This document shows, piece after piece, positions 50,556 through 63,204 of a DNA stretch of 64,000 nt. The position numbers and the translations under genes were made by a program. How positions within the stretch are numbered: position 1 is the first letter of the stretch; every line of letters starts with the position of its first letter. The stretch lies in NCBI RefSeq assembly GCF_021869535.1, contig NW_026262675.1, positions 2,728,001 through 2,792,000 on the forward strand, read 5' to 3'. The stretch comes from Mytilus californianus (lineage: Eukaryota). The notes under the pieces are model-generated. The model was not told the DNA's origin. It ran no database searches and saw nothing but the letters and a program-made list of their open reading frames with translations.

Positions 50556-51545
50556 TTTTTGTCTCACCTTGACGGAGTCAAAAAGCGAGACATAGGTATG
50601 ATTTTGCCGGCGTCTGCGTCGGCAGCGTCAACAACGTATTAGTTTGTGATAAGTTTATGGGGAACCACTAGTGGTAGGTCAATGATATATGATATGCAGT
50701 TGTATAAGCATTGACACAACTCATTTCCATGGAGATTATTTGGCCCTGCCCCTTCAATCATGGTCCATTGACTTTGAAACTTTTGCTTAGTTTACATGTA
50801 TTAGTTTGTGATTAGGTCAGTTTATGGGGAACCACTAGTGGTAGGTCAATGATATTTGGTATGCAGTTGTATAAGCATTAGCATATCTCATTTCCATGGA
50901 GATTATTTGGCTCTGCCCCCTCATTCATGGTCTATTGACTGAAACTTTTGCTTAGTTTACATGTATTAGTTTGTGATTAGGTCAGTTTAAGGGGAATCAT
51001 TAGTGGGAGGCCAATGTCAATTGGTATGCAGTTGTGTAAGCATTAGCACATCTCATTTCCATGGAGAATACGTAGCCCCGCCCCTTCAGTCATGGTATAT
51101 TGACTTTGAAACTTTTGCTTAGTTTACATGCATTAGTTTGTGATTAGATAAGTTTAAGATGAACCACTAATGTTAAGTCAATGATATTTGGTATTCAAAT
51201 TTATTGGCATTTGCAAGTCTCGTTTCCATGGAGATTATATAGCCCCACCCCCTCATCATGGTTTATTGACTTTGATACTTTGACATAGTTTACAAGTTAA
51301 TGCTTGTGTTTAGGTTTGTTTAAAGGGAACGACTTATGATAAGGCAATGGTAATTGGTATGCAGTTGTATTAGCATTGGCACATCTCATTTCCATGGAGA
51401 TTGTTTAACCATGTGCCTTCAGTCATGGTTCATTGACTTTGAATACTTGCATAACTTACATGTTAAAGTATTGCTATTTTAATTTCAACATTTGCATTAT
51501 CAGAATTACAAAAAGACGAGACATATCTCTGTGTTAACAGTTTAT
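50556..51545 (+). mobile_element. HINE family E with ~5 units of ~165 bp
   Basis: TTTTTGTCTCAC start, GCGTC tract, (T/C)ATTAGTTTGTGAT at 50637, 50799, 50964, 51131; 3' GACGAGACA. Confidence 0.8.
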
Positions 51546-51662
51546 TAAATATGTGATACTGTTTTACCATAGATTATCATGTCGATACACAAGGTCTTTT
51601 TCCATTGGAGTTTCTCAGGTTTTGTTTTTCATCTTAATTTGTATATTCTGATTTACGAGATT

Positions 51663-51982
51663 TAAATATCAGTAAACTACTCATGCCTCTAATTCAGATA
51701 TAGTTTAAGTACTGTTTCCTCTATCTAAATATCGGTAAACTAGTGTTGCCTCCAATATAAATATCGGTAAAATAATGTTGGCTCCATTATAAATATCGGT
51801 AAACTAGTGTTGCCTCCAATATAAATATCGGTAAAATAGTGTTGGCTCCATTATAAATATCGGTAAACTAGTGTTGCCTCCAATATAAGTATCGGTAAAC
51901 TAGTGTTGCCTCCAATATAAATATCGGTAAAGTAGTGATGCATCTAATTTTTATTCCAGCAAACTTGTATCGCCTCTAATTT
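51663..51982. repeat. 32-bp minisatellite (~10 units, 7 well conserved)
   Basis: AAATATCGGTAAACTAGTGTTGCCTCCAATAT-type units start at 51727, 51759, 51791, 51823, 51855, 51887, 51919; degenerate flanking units. Confidence 0.9.
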
Positions 51983-53541
51983 ACCCTAGTTATCTGACAG
52001 ATGATAAAAAATATGTATGACATAACATTCCACGAAACTGGTATTAAGCAGCCTTTTTCGTATGTATAGAAAGCAAACATATATATTTCCTGAAAATTTA
52101 CAAGTATACCGAAAGGTATTTAAAATTGATATTTTACCACAATTTCCCTACACAAAAAGAAAAAAAAATATATTCCATAATTTTAAACTTTGCATTCTAT
52201 ATATACATTCGGAGTCCTAAAAATGAACTGTTGGTATAAAAATCGCAAAACCAAATCTGCAACAACTACAATGAACAAAATTAACACAAAGGACACAAAC
52301 CCTCCAGGGGATAATTTAAACACCACTCTCACATTCATACCTGTAATATGGATAGAAGTTCAGTATTAAATGTTTAATTGAGGGATGCTTACTTCCTTTT
52401 TTTTGACATCAGTAATTACTTTATCAGTTGACAATGCAAGTATCGGAAATAGACTAAATGCTTTTTTTTGTAGTTCAATTATCCAAGCACATAACATTGG
52501 GCCAGGGGCATTTTAAGGCTGACACAAGAACATTACAAAGGAGATTCATATTGTGAAGAACTTTGTAGTATTATCGTTAATGTGTGTGGATTTTCACGTT
52601 CTACAGTTTAAAAAATATCAAAATTTAACACTAAACTAAAGCGAATGGGGAATTGATATTCCCTTTTTTAGTCTTACACAATGAGCCTAAGAATACACTG
52701 AGGTAATCATTGTATTTTAAATTGTAGTAAGCTCATACTGTTTGTAGCCAGTGATCACAGGCGCTTAGAGAATTGGCCCCTTTTTTCTATATATTCTTCT
52801 TACTAATAAGTGGGCTTCATATGACTGCTGTTATTGTAAAATCGTATGATATGGATAAGAGCAAGAAGGCATTAGATAAGTGAAAATAGATTAAATTATT
52901 AAGGAATATTTATTACAATAAATTAAAGCACTTAAAATATACAGAAAAGGGGGGGTCTATTCTCTAAAATCTGTATCATTGATATTTGAATTGCATATTG
53001 ATAACTGATTTATAATTCAGTTTACAAACATTTACAACTTGGCATATTTAATCTATAGAAATCTGAAACAAATATCACTAATTTTTGCAACTTTTATCAA
53101 AAAACGATAGACCAATTAAGTTAAATGTAATAACCTTTTTTTTGTCTGTTTCCATCAGATTATGAATTAATCCGCTTTTAACATTTGTTTCCAACTGTTC
53201 AGAAATAAATGAATTCAGAACGATCATGTTAACAATGCATGTGATCAAACTTATTACGTTATATGACAGTTACAAGTCTATACATCATTTTATGCTTTGC
53301 GAGAATTATTTGACAACAAGCACATTCACCCTCATTTGCGTCCTATTACACTTCTTTTTTTTGTGTATTGCTAATCCTTTTCGTTATCTTAAAGTGTTGT
53401 CAATCCTGTCTGCATGATCTTTCTATCACTTTTAAGAGACAAAAATTTTAATCGTCCATCATTATAAAACTCAGAAGAAGTATATGCTCCCTTTTTTCTC
53501 CTCTTCGAGGGCGTATGCAAAGTACATTCCTCTTTGAAACC

Positions 53542-53550
53542 TATATATAG
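53542..53550 (+). promoter_or_regulatory. Candidate TATA box for first exon 1A
   Basis: TATATATAG ~40 nt upstream of ATG 53585; motif alone is weak evidence in AT-rich DNA. Confidence 0.3.
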
Positions 53551-53584
53551 CAAAGCCGCAAATGTCGCCACGTTGACAAGAAAC

Positions 53585-53795
53585 ATGGATGGATGTGGAA
53601 AATCATTGATACTTTTAGTTCTGTCATGTTTTACTTTATGTTGCTCTTTAGTTCTTTTTATTATTGGAATTTTTACGGTCTCGTGGATGAAAACGTCCGG
53701 AGTTGGGACCTCGTATGATTATGGACTGTTCAAGGAGAGGGATTGTGATCGCGACAAATGTACATACACGACATGGTCAGAGTTAATGAACGAGG
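53585..53795 (+). CDS. Claudin/PMP22/EMP-family tetraspan, first exon 1A (TM1+ECL1)
   Basis: MDGCGKSLILLVLSCFTLCCSLVLFIIGIFTVSW..YGLF..C....C (W-GL(W/F)-C-C signature); GTAAGA donor, 211 nt, phase 1, compatible with exon 61753. Confidence 0.75.
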
Positions 53796-56009
53796 GTAAG
53801 ACTGTAGTGAAACATCGACCATTCAGATTTTGTGGGAGCATGTTTTTTTTAATAAATTGTTTTATTCTAAATTTCTTGAAAAAATAGTTTGTTTCCATTT
53901 GAATTGAGCGAAAAAAATTAACTCGACATTAGTTTTCATTTTAAAATGCGTGTGCCTAGCTGTATCTTATTGATAAACACAGTTTGCTTTTGAATTAAGT
54001 CGAAACAAAATTGTCTCGAAAAAAATATACCACTCCCCCGACCCTACAAAAGATGGATGGTCGGTGCTTTAAGATCTTGTGTTAACATTCAGTCAAATAA
54101 AATGTTTATGCGTTTAGACAAGGCACTTTTGGGTTGAATGCGTGACAGCGTTTAAGACTTGCTATAGTATTTATTTTGTAAGTTATATCAACAGATTAAG
54201 TCCATCGAGCTATAGCTTTCTGTAACTGATCATTCAATTTCCTCAATGCAGTATTGTTAATACTGATTTGCTTGTACCTACTTTTTCAATGATTACATAA
54301 ATTCTTGTTATTCCATTGATGAAAAGGTTGAAGAAGTGATCGAGTACTTGGAAAACTATTTTAATAAACCTGACGCATGTTTATCTATCTGTCCCATTTC
54401 AAGAATCTCGTCAGAGGTTGTCTTTATTTATATCTTAGTGGAATTTTATGTCATTTAGGAGTTTATTGTGATAGCAGATCTTTGGTAATCTCTGTTTAAT
54501 TGATAATAAACCTGTATAGGCAGTTTGGTAAAGATCATGTTTAATATGAGTTTGATCAAGATGTTATATATTTTGTGTTTTTGCTTGCTGTTTAACGAAG
54601 ATTTACATCGTTTCTCCCTTTTTGATGATAGTGCATTTACTTCATAGATTTTAATGTTCATATGTAAATAAATCATCGTATTAAGAATTAATAATTTGTT
54701 GCACTATAATTTAGCAACTGTTGTGATTTGAATAAATAATTTGACCTCAGATCCTGCGAAAATACTGAAACTAGTTATTCATCGGCGGCTAAATGAACTC
54801 AAAAAAATAAGATGGTCGTTGACTGCCACTTATATTCTGAATAATTTTAACCCGGATTTGTTTTTTTCTCAATCGATTTATGAATTTCGAATAGCGGTAT
54901 ACTACTGTTGCCTTTATTTACAGCTTGTTGAGACTTATTCGTTTGCTTATTATTCAATCATTCCCCCGACCGCATACTAGCTCCTACCTGATTGTTAACT
55001 AATATGACAAATTTATAAATTATATTCTAAAGATGGACATACTGATACACAAGGTATAATATGGTATATTGTATTGTACCACCTTTTCATGTTTATACAA
55101 TTGTATGATTTGATTTGAAGTATGGTTCGAAATATTTATTTCCCATGTTAATTTTTAATAAACCTTTCTAAAATTGTCCGTTTATAAATTTTGATACTAG
55201 TATTATAAAGAAACTAAGTTTCAACTCCCTCAGGCAAAGTTGATCTTAGATTGATTTGGCTATTTTTTAAGTCCTTTTTTGGTTATATAGTTCTTCAAAT
55301 GTTTAGGTTCTTATATACATCCTTGGCTTTCAAATATTCGGCTTTGGGCGTTCTTGATAAAGTAAATCCAGAAAAGCGCTTTGGACGTATGAAATTTATA
55401 ACGTGTTGTTACTTCTTTTTTGAAACTTCTGAATTGAATTTTTTATTTAGATTTGTTTAATTGATATATGGGTACTGATTCTAAAATATTAATTTGTCTG
55501 CACAAACAGGCGTTGACTGCACAAACAGTATGACATTTATTTTACTGTTGTTGTTTACACTCAACATGCTCAACATTTAGTTATTATGAGCAATTAACGC
55601 CTCAGATAAAAAAAAAAGATTTGACACTACGATACATATTATATAACAGCATGGCCATCGATCATTCTTAAAACAAGAATAGAAGTTCAAAATGTCTTAT
55701 CATTACAATCTGGGTGTGTAGTGAAAGTTTTATAGCATTCAGTCATGTATCATCGGCCAACTTCGCATTTCAAATCAGTTAAGTAACCGTAGCATATTAT
55801 ATGCTATTTGACATAGACGTATTATAATTTACTAGAAAAAGTTGCATGTTTTTGGTAATTAAACCGAACAAACAATATTAAGTGAGCAGTGATTCTTACA
55901 TACAATTAAAAGTAGTTTGATGGACAATAAAGGTTAATCAGTGAATTATATAGATATAGTGTTGATAAATATATGGTAATAAGGACACATAAGAAACAAT
56001 GCCTCCCTT

Positions 56010-56230
56010 TTTGTTCACCCGACCCTATGGGATAGCGGAGCTATTGCCATCACTTGGCGTCTATCGTCGTCATAAAGTTTCCTTTTAAAATCTTCTCTGA
56101 AATTAATGAAACAATTTGAACCTAACAAACTTAAACTGAATTATCCTTATGGTATCTAGAATAGACTTTGTGGGTTTTTTTTTCTCTCTGTCAATCGACC
56201 AACATGGCCGCCATGACTTAAATGAAACAT
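56010..56230 (+). mobile_element. Truncated HINE family A-like 5' fragment
   Basis: GCCATCACTTGGCGTC, (CGT)n, AAAATCTTCTCTGAA, AACATGGCCGCCATG. Confidence 0.6.
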
Positions 56231-56769
56231 AAGGATAAAATGCATCTATTGGTTAATATAGTCAGAACCAACTGACAGAAGTAAACATTTTAAGATCTCT
56301 CGTCTTCCCTTTCCCCAATATTATCAGGACAAAAACACATGTAAGGAGTCGTCAAATATTTTGGAAATAAAATCATTTTCTAGCATTGCTGATCATTTTT
56401 CCTGTTTACAGTCTCTATCTAACTAGTATAGTTTTCGAGGCAATAGGCAACAATCGAAAATTAAGCAAACTTGTAATTTACGGTAAAATAACTCCTAAAA
56501 TGAATCATCTAATGGGTTCGGTTATACATATATATGCAATTTGTAGATCTTGTATTACTGATAAATTATTATCATTAAAAAAAAACTCGTATAAGGAGTC
56601 ATCCAATGATTTTGGTCATATTCCCAATTTATGGATCGTCTGTATTGCTGATCAATATTGCTGTTTACTAGTTTCCTGCTATATGTTTTATTTTTCGATA
56701 TAAAAGGCAATACATAAAAATTAGTCACATATAGTCATATAAGGGTTATAACTATTATAAGGAGTCATC

Positions 56770-57122
56770 TGATAATTTTGCTAGAAATGGTTAGTATTAC
56801 AATAAGTAGATCTTATTATTTTGACCGCTGTCGGATTCTCTATTAAAAGTGGTTCTAAAAATATTTGACTAAAAATGTATTTTACCCTTATGTTTTGGCC
56901 ATGATGACTATGTTGGTTGATTGACAGAAAATGAACCACAAAATTTATACTGGATACCCTAATGATCATTCGGGTTAACTTTGGTTGTTATTTGCCCAGT
57001 ACTTTCAGAGAAGATTTTAAAAAATAGATCAAGACGATGACAACGGACGATGGACGACGACGACGTACGGACGCCAAGTAATGACAATAGCTCATCTGGC
57101 AAATATGGCCATGTGAACTATA
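56770..57122 (-). mobile_element. Truncated HINE family A-like fragment, opposite orientation
   Basis: GACGACGACG..GGACGCCAAGTAATGACAATAGCTCA at right end, unit fragment leftwards. Confidence 0.6.
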
Positions 57123-58602
57123 AAGGAGACATATCTGCTCCTTTTTATTTACAAAAGCAATTTTTTTTATCAACGATTTTTATTATCAATCGTTTACTTT
57201 TGATTGTATGGAAGAATCACTGCTCATTAAATAATGTCCAGTTTAATTGCCAAAAAACAAGCAACTTTTGCTGATAACTGATAATACGTCTATTTGTCAA
57301 TGATGATATAATATATGTTACTGTAACTGATCGGATTTGAATTGGACAGTTTGTCGATGACACATGACTGAATGCAATAAAACGTCCACTACATCACCCA
57401 GATTGTAATCATTAAAAAATTTGCGCTCCTATGTTTTGTAATGATAATATACGCCCATGCTGGGATCTAATATTAATCTCATTGCCAAATTTTTTTCTTA
57501 TCTAAGATATCTTAATTGTTCTTTCTATCTAAAAATGTTCACTATAATTAACAACTGTAAATAAATGTCTGTCAATGCCTATTTGTGCAGATAAATTTAC
57601 ATTTGATAATCTATACTCATATTTTAATTAAACAAAGCAAATACATCAAACCATATCATGAAATAATGCCATGGTATACTCATATAACCGTACCGTACCG
57701 TATCATAATGCCATTCATGTATACTACACGATGGTATTCGTAACATACCGTCATACAATACCACATACCATCTTTTACAGTATGCCATTTTACTACGGAC
57801 AAGAAAACCATTGAATCAATTTCATTCAAACAAACTTATGGAGTTTTAAAGTAAATTAATGTTAATATCCTTACTAAAACATTCCATCAATAATATACTT
57901 CACAATATTTAATCATACTATTGTATACCATACCATACCGGATAGTACTATTCTTACATACCATGTACGAGTACCATACCACATTACCATACTGTACCAT
58001 GTTTTACAGTATGCCCTTGAGGTGTAATATGCATTATCTTCAAAACAAATTAAGTTCCAAGTTAAATGGGGGAAATACAAAACGTTTAATAACTTATCCT
58101 CCTAACAATACCATAGAATTGTGCATAACGTAAATATACACTCAAACAGTGTTGACACGCAAGTGCTGTTTTTCAATTATACAAATTGTTTTTTTGATAC
58201 ATAGTAATAAAAAAAGTTTTCTTATTGAAATAAGATTCACCTGTCTTGAACTTGTAGCAATCACCTGTAAATTGCTTCAATTGTTATCTTAGTAAGCACT
58301 TCAAAACGATGTGTAAACATATGTACGTGTTATCAGCCAGTAATAATTAATTAATTGGACATACAAAGCTATCCCCATTGTTGTTAAGAGATATCTTGTC
58401 TAAAAACATTTTATTCAATTTTCATTCATTGTTTTATTCAAAAGTAATTTATTAAACAGATAAAAACATCTTAGCTGATCGTTGTTATGGTAATTGGTTG
58501 TTACTGCAGATCTTTATTTTTAGGTTGCGCATCTATAGATAGGAGAAAAGTATGCAATTCATTTAGTTGTTATGATGCTATTTTCTGTCTATTTTGTTTA
58601 AT

Positions 58603-58608
58603 TATAAA
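58603..58608 (+). promoter_or_regulatory. Candidate TATA box for first exon 1B
   Basis: TATAAA ~75 nt upstream of ATG 58680. Confidence 0.35.
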
Positions 58609-58679
58609 CAATCCGTTAACTTTCGTTGGCCAAAGAACTCTCGAAAGAACTAAAGAGCATTTATAAATCTTCTGACAAA

Positions 58680-58941
58680 ATGGTGGTTGCGAAAAGATGG
58701 AAAGAAGCTTCTGCTTATATAATTATTTCCTTGTTTTGCATGGCTGTATCTGTTGTGCTTTTTCTGGTTGGGTTTTCATCAGCAGTATGGGTTAAAAAGA
58801 CATACGAAGATAAAGGAATAAGAATGTATGGACTTTGGAAATATACAAGATATTATCCATGGGTTAAATCCACTGAGGAATATAGACTTAGTGGAATGCT
58901 TCTGAGCAGTGATGAAACACCTTTGTCGGCAACGACTACAG
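58680..58941 (+). CDS. Claudin/PMP22/EMP-family tetraspan, first exon 1B (TM1+ECL1)
   Basis: MVVAKRWKEASAYIIISLFCMAVSVVLFLVGFSSAVW..YGLW..; GTATGT donor, 262 nt, phase 1. Confidence 0.8.
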
Positions 58942-59784
58942 GTATGTAAGGACCCAAAACAATAATCTACTTAACCCCTTGTTCTAAATGATATGTCGTC
59001 ATCTTCTTAATCGATTTATTCTAATAACGATTACTTGGCTAAATGCTTAAACTTTGTTCACTCTCCCGGTGATAAAAGGTTTTAATGTTTTTCTAATCTT
59101 CATTGGTTTTGCTCATTGTTGAAGGCCGAACGGTGGACTATAGTTTCTTACAGCCATGTCCTTTGGTCTCGGTGGATAGATAGTTGTCTTATTAGCAATC
59201 ATACCACATCACTTATTTTTATATAAACAATGCTACATGCAGTGTTTGTCGGTAACATGTCCTGCAGCTTAACTGTTTGTACAAGCTTGTCGTAATTCAT
59301 TTGAGTGATTTTGACTGGAAATGTAATCGATCGTCGAACAAGAAATCATTTTCCTATTTTTCGTGCGTTCATAACACACCTTAAAACGTTGTTCCTGAGA
59401 TATATTTCAAAGAAAGTTTACAATAACATGTAGAATATTATTTAATAAATTATTTCTTTAATAAGTAGCATCTAAATGGAATGGATCAAATTTTTCCTTT
59501 ATGGGTATGTGTAAATATGGGCAAACTTCCTTGAGCGTTTAATTGAGACACTTTTTTATTCAATTTCTTCTGCTTTTTTTTTATGATATTCACAATTTTG
59601 GCAATGTGTGAATGGCCATGTAGTAAATAAAGAGGCGATGAGGCTTTTATATTACTTTTAAAGTCCCTGGTTTGAGCTGTGCAGTTATAGGACCGAAATA
59701 ATACTTCACTACATTATAGCAATTTTATTTACTAGTATTGGTTTATAGTTGATACTTGATGTAAAGAGTTAGAGAAAGAAAGAG

Positions 59785-60580
59785 AGGTGAAGGATACCAA
59801 AGGGACATTCAAACTCATAGGTCGAAAATAAACTGCCACGGCTAAAAAAGAAAAAGACAAACAGACAAACAACAGTAGTGTACACAAAACAACATAGAAA
59901 ACCAAAGACTGAGCAACACGAACCCCACCAAAAACTGGGGGGATCTCAGGTGCTCAGGAAGAGTAAGCAGAGCCTGCTCCATATGTGGCACCCGTCGTGT
60001 TGCTCATGTTTTCCTCTTATATTTGATGCGTTTCTCTCAGTTTTAGTTTGTAACCCGGATTTGTTTTTTCTGTATCGATTTATGAGTTTCGAACAGCGGT
60101 ATACTACTGTTGCCTTTATTCATGTAAGTATATGTCTAATTCGGTATAGGTCATATTCGGGGGAAGGGGACGAGATCGTAGTTACGACAATTGGAACATA
60201 TCCGTCGTCATCTGTGAAACAGATATTCAATAACGGTCAACCAACTCGTGATGGCGTCCGTAAAATTTTCAAAGGGATTATTTCAACTTCATCGCTTGGA
60301 ACTCTTGGTTTAAAAGCTTCCTTGTGAGCAGCAACCCTCTATCAAGGAAATCATGATAGGAAACACAAGCCCTGGAATATCGGATCAACTGGGAGATATA
60401 TACTCCGTAAGCAGGCGCTGCTGGAGTGTTGCTATATAGAAATTGAAATTTCATAATTGGGAAAGTTGAAATCATCTATTTTGTCGTACAATTCTGTTTT
60501 CAACCGACCCTCATTGTCAATTTCTAGATGTTTGTCAAGATATGGGGCAGACTTAATTAACTGTATCTGTTGTATCCTTA
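59785..60580 (-). mobile_element. Penelope-like retroelement 3' fragment in intron 1
   Basis: STFPIMKFQFLYSNTPAAPAYGVYISQLIRYSRACVSYHDFLDRGLLLTRKLLNQEF on -; a ~110-bp second repeat is inserted at ~60010-60120. Confidence 0.65.
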
Positions 60581-61752
60581 AAATAATTGCGCTAATCTGA
60601 ATCGTACCGTCCCTCTTATACTTTACTTCTTCTCATTTCTTCACTGTTAAAACAGTCAGTTACGCAAATAGTGTTCTGATGATGTCCAAACTAATATTGC
60701 TTTTGTAATATTTTGACTGAGTGTGAATTCACATGGCGGATGAAGCATGCATAGCCAGGAGACGCTTACCTTGTTGACGCACCATGCAGGTCAGTTAATG
60801 CGATTCCCTCAATTTTTATTCTTTGCCTTGATTTGTCTCTTTTTAAATTTGAATATCGGTAAACTACTGTCGATTTAACATTAATATATTCATTAGTACA
60901 TTTCACATTACATTTTATTCATTTCAGTGGTATGCGTCAGATGACTTTATTAACTTTAAAGGATTGAAAATCGTTTTGCAATAGCCCATCTCATCCAACG
61001 AATTGATAATTATGCATTCATAAAGACAAACGGAATAACTGTTTACAGATTGATAGTTAAATTAATATGTACATACACAAGTATGTACATTTACCATAAC
61101 TCTTTCTTTAAAGTGATTTATAGTTACCTAAAAACATTAAAACCAGTCTTTAATTTTGTGGATGTGGTCCCAAAACATAATACATTTCGAAATTCTACAA
61201 GACCGCAGACATGCATTAAAAAGACAGGCGGAATAACTGCATAGATCGAAATTGTCATATTTAATATTGTCAGATTAAAAATTGTAAAAATAAAAGATAT
61301 ATACCACAAGACTGACTCTTTTTTTTTTTAAAGTTGTACAATCTAGTTTTATTTTAACACAACCAATATTAATTTTTTCATCCCAATGGTCTTGGTTCCA
61401 AAATTATGAATTTCAGATGATCTTAATACATTTTGATTCTTCCACTTAAATCAGTCTGAATTACTAGAAGGATTATACAATGAAGCAGTCGCTTAGAACA
61501 ATTTAATTCTTGTCATCACAAACTATTTTTCAAACTAGTTCCAAACAACAAAACAAGATCTAGAGTTGACTAGGGTGTCCATTGGAAAAGAACGCAAAAT
61601 GTCAACTTTATTGAATACCATAAGAGTAATATTGAGGCACTTTACAGAATCAACCTTTCCATTTTTCACCAGTCTTATTTTTTAAACAAATACTTAAAAT
61701 TTCTCCGAGTATCGACATGTTGATCTATTTTTTTCAAAATCATATCTTTCAG

Positions 61753-61899
61753 ATTGGTATAGAGCAACACAGGCAATGGAATGTCTTGGATTGATTTGTC
61801 TAGTTTTGGCTTTACTGATCCTGTTATTGTACTTCTGTGTACCATCATGTAAAGTACGGAAGGCACTCTATGGAATGATTTTCTTCACATTTTTAGCAG
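61753..61899 (+). CDS. Claudin/PMP22-family exon 2 (TM2, start of TM3)
   Basis: CTTTCAG / GTAATT, 147 nt phase 1-1; DWYRATQAMECLGLICLVLALLILLLY.. carries the family WxxAxQA motif. Confidence 0.9.
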
Positions 61900-62292
61900 G
61901 TAATTGCAATTATTTCTCTTCGTTTTACTCTTATTAATAATATTAAGATATTCATACATTTGGTATTTTTTTTAGTAATTAATATTCTGAAACATAGCAG
62001 GGTATGATTATGCAGTTCTGATTTTTCCTGATCCAAGCATGTTTTCACTTTCACTAAATCATTGCAATTTTAAACAATGAATAGAAACATTCACCAAAGC
62101 ATTAGCTTGTTTCAAGTCAAAACGAAAAATCTACTCAGAAACATAAATTTTTTTTACCGATATTCAACAGATAGTATTAAAACTTTACATTGTTTTTTCT
62201 TCTTCTTCATGGAACATGATATTTACTTTTTAAAGAAAAGAAACAACTGTAGGCACTTTTTTAGAATACTGTTTACCAAGTTAATATGAAAT

Positions 62293-62430
62293 GCCTGTAC
62301 CAAGTCAGGAATATGTTAGTTGTTTTCCATTCGTTTATTGTGTTTGAGCTTTAGATTTTGCCATTTGATAAGGAACTGTCCGTTTTGAATTTTTCTTGGA
62401 TCTCGGTAATTTTTGTTATTTTACTTTTTA
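62293..62430. repeat. Interspersed repeat, copy upstream of terminal exon
   Basis: Roughly 80% (by eye) reverse-complement match to 63205-63380. Confidence 0.7.
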
Positions 62431-62465
62431 TTGTAATGATCCTTATTTTTTTGTCTTTTTTTCAG

Positions 62466-62611
62466 TAATTTTCATTGTGATTGGAATTGCCATTTTCGGT
62501 TCGAAGTTCGACGAAAAAGGATTTGACGTCGGATGGTCCATGGGATTAGCGATTGCTGCAGCATTGTTAGCTTTTATCTCAGGAATTTTACAAATTTTAG
62601 AGATGACATAA
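62466..62611 (+). CDS. Claudin/PMP22-family exon 3 (TM3 end, ECL2, TM4)
   Basis: TTTTCAG acceptor, 146 nt to TAA; VIFIVIGIAIF..GWSMGLAIAAALLAFISGIL has the family GWS motif. 1B+2+3 = 184 aa; 1A+2+3 = 167 aa. Confidence 0.9.
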
Positions 62612-63204
62612 TATTGTATATATATATATGTGTGTGTGTATGAGTGTTTCATGTCGTATAATCATTATAAATTGTTGTATGTTTCACTGTTTTGAATTGT
62701 TACATATGTTTTGGTGTCAACAGTTTCCACTTACTACATGTTAAAACCATTGTTGTCGTTAGATTATTAATTGTTATATTTGCTTACAATGAATATACTT
62801 GTCGTTACATATCATCTCGTTTATTATGAATGCTGTGCAAAATATTTTTTTCCATTTTTTTGTTTCCTACAGTTTCAACGACTGTCAATCCAAGATATTT
62901 TACAATTGTTGGGTTTAAGAGTTCATGGTGAAAGGAAATTAAAAAAGGCGATTCGTACGCAGCAAAGTATGTTATTTTCATTTTCTAGCATTGGGTCAAG
63001 ATACCACTGCTGCATGGTGGACTTAATTCAAACCTCCCGAGTGTTTCATAAACTCAGTACTTAGGCAGTGCTTCGGGCGCAACAAATTTATAAAGTGAAA
63101 TTTTACTTTGAGATTTTGACTAGGCATTGTTAAAAACAAACCTTGTTTCATCAACCCAGGTACTCAGGTACTCGTCAATTTAAGATTATAAGTAAAGATC
63201 ACTT

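Noticed and set aside
51663-51982. CRISPR-like appearance of 32-bp repeats
   Set aside because: Units are contiguous with no unique spacers, no cas genes are present, and the context is eukaryotic.
57655-58010. (ATACC/GTACC)n-rich tract as a structured element
   Set aside because: Degenerate simple repeat with no termini or TSD.
53796-58679. Separate exons 2-3 for exon 1A (a complete tandem paralogue)
   Set aside because: A manual scan found no WxxAxQA or GWS-bearing exon; only repeats and AT-rich DNA. A highly diverged exon cannot be fully excluded.
59878-60327. 149-aa plus-strand ORF inside the claudin intron
   Set aside because: Lies in the Penelope-like fragment and a second inserted repeat, antisense to the RT remnant; GTG start.
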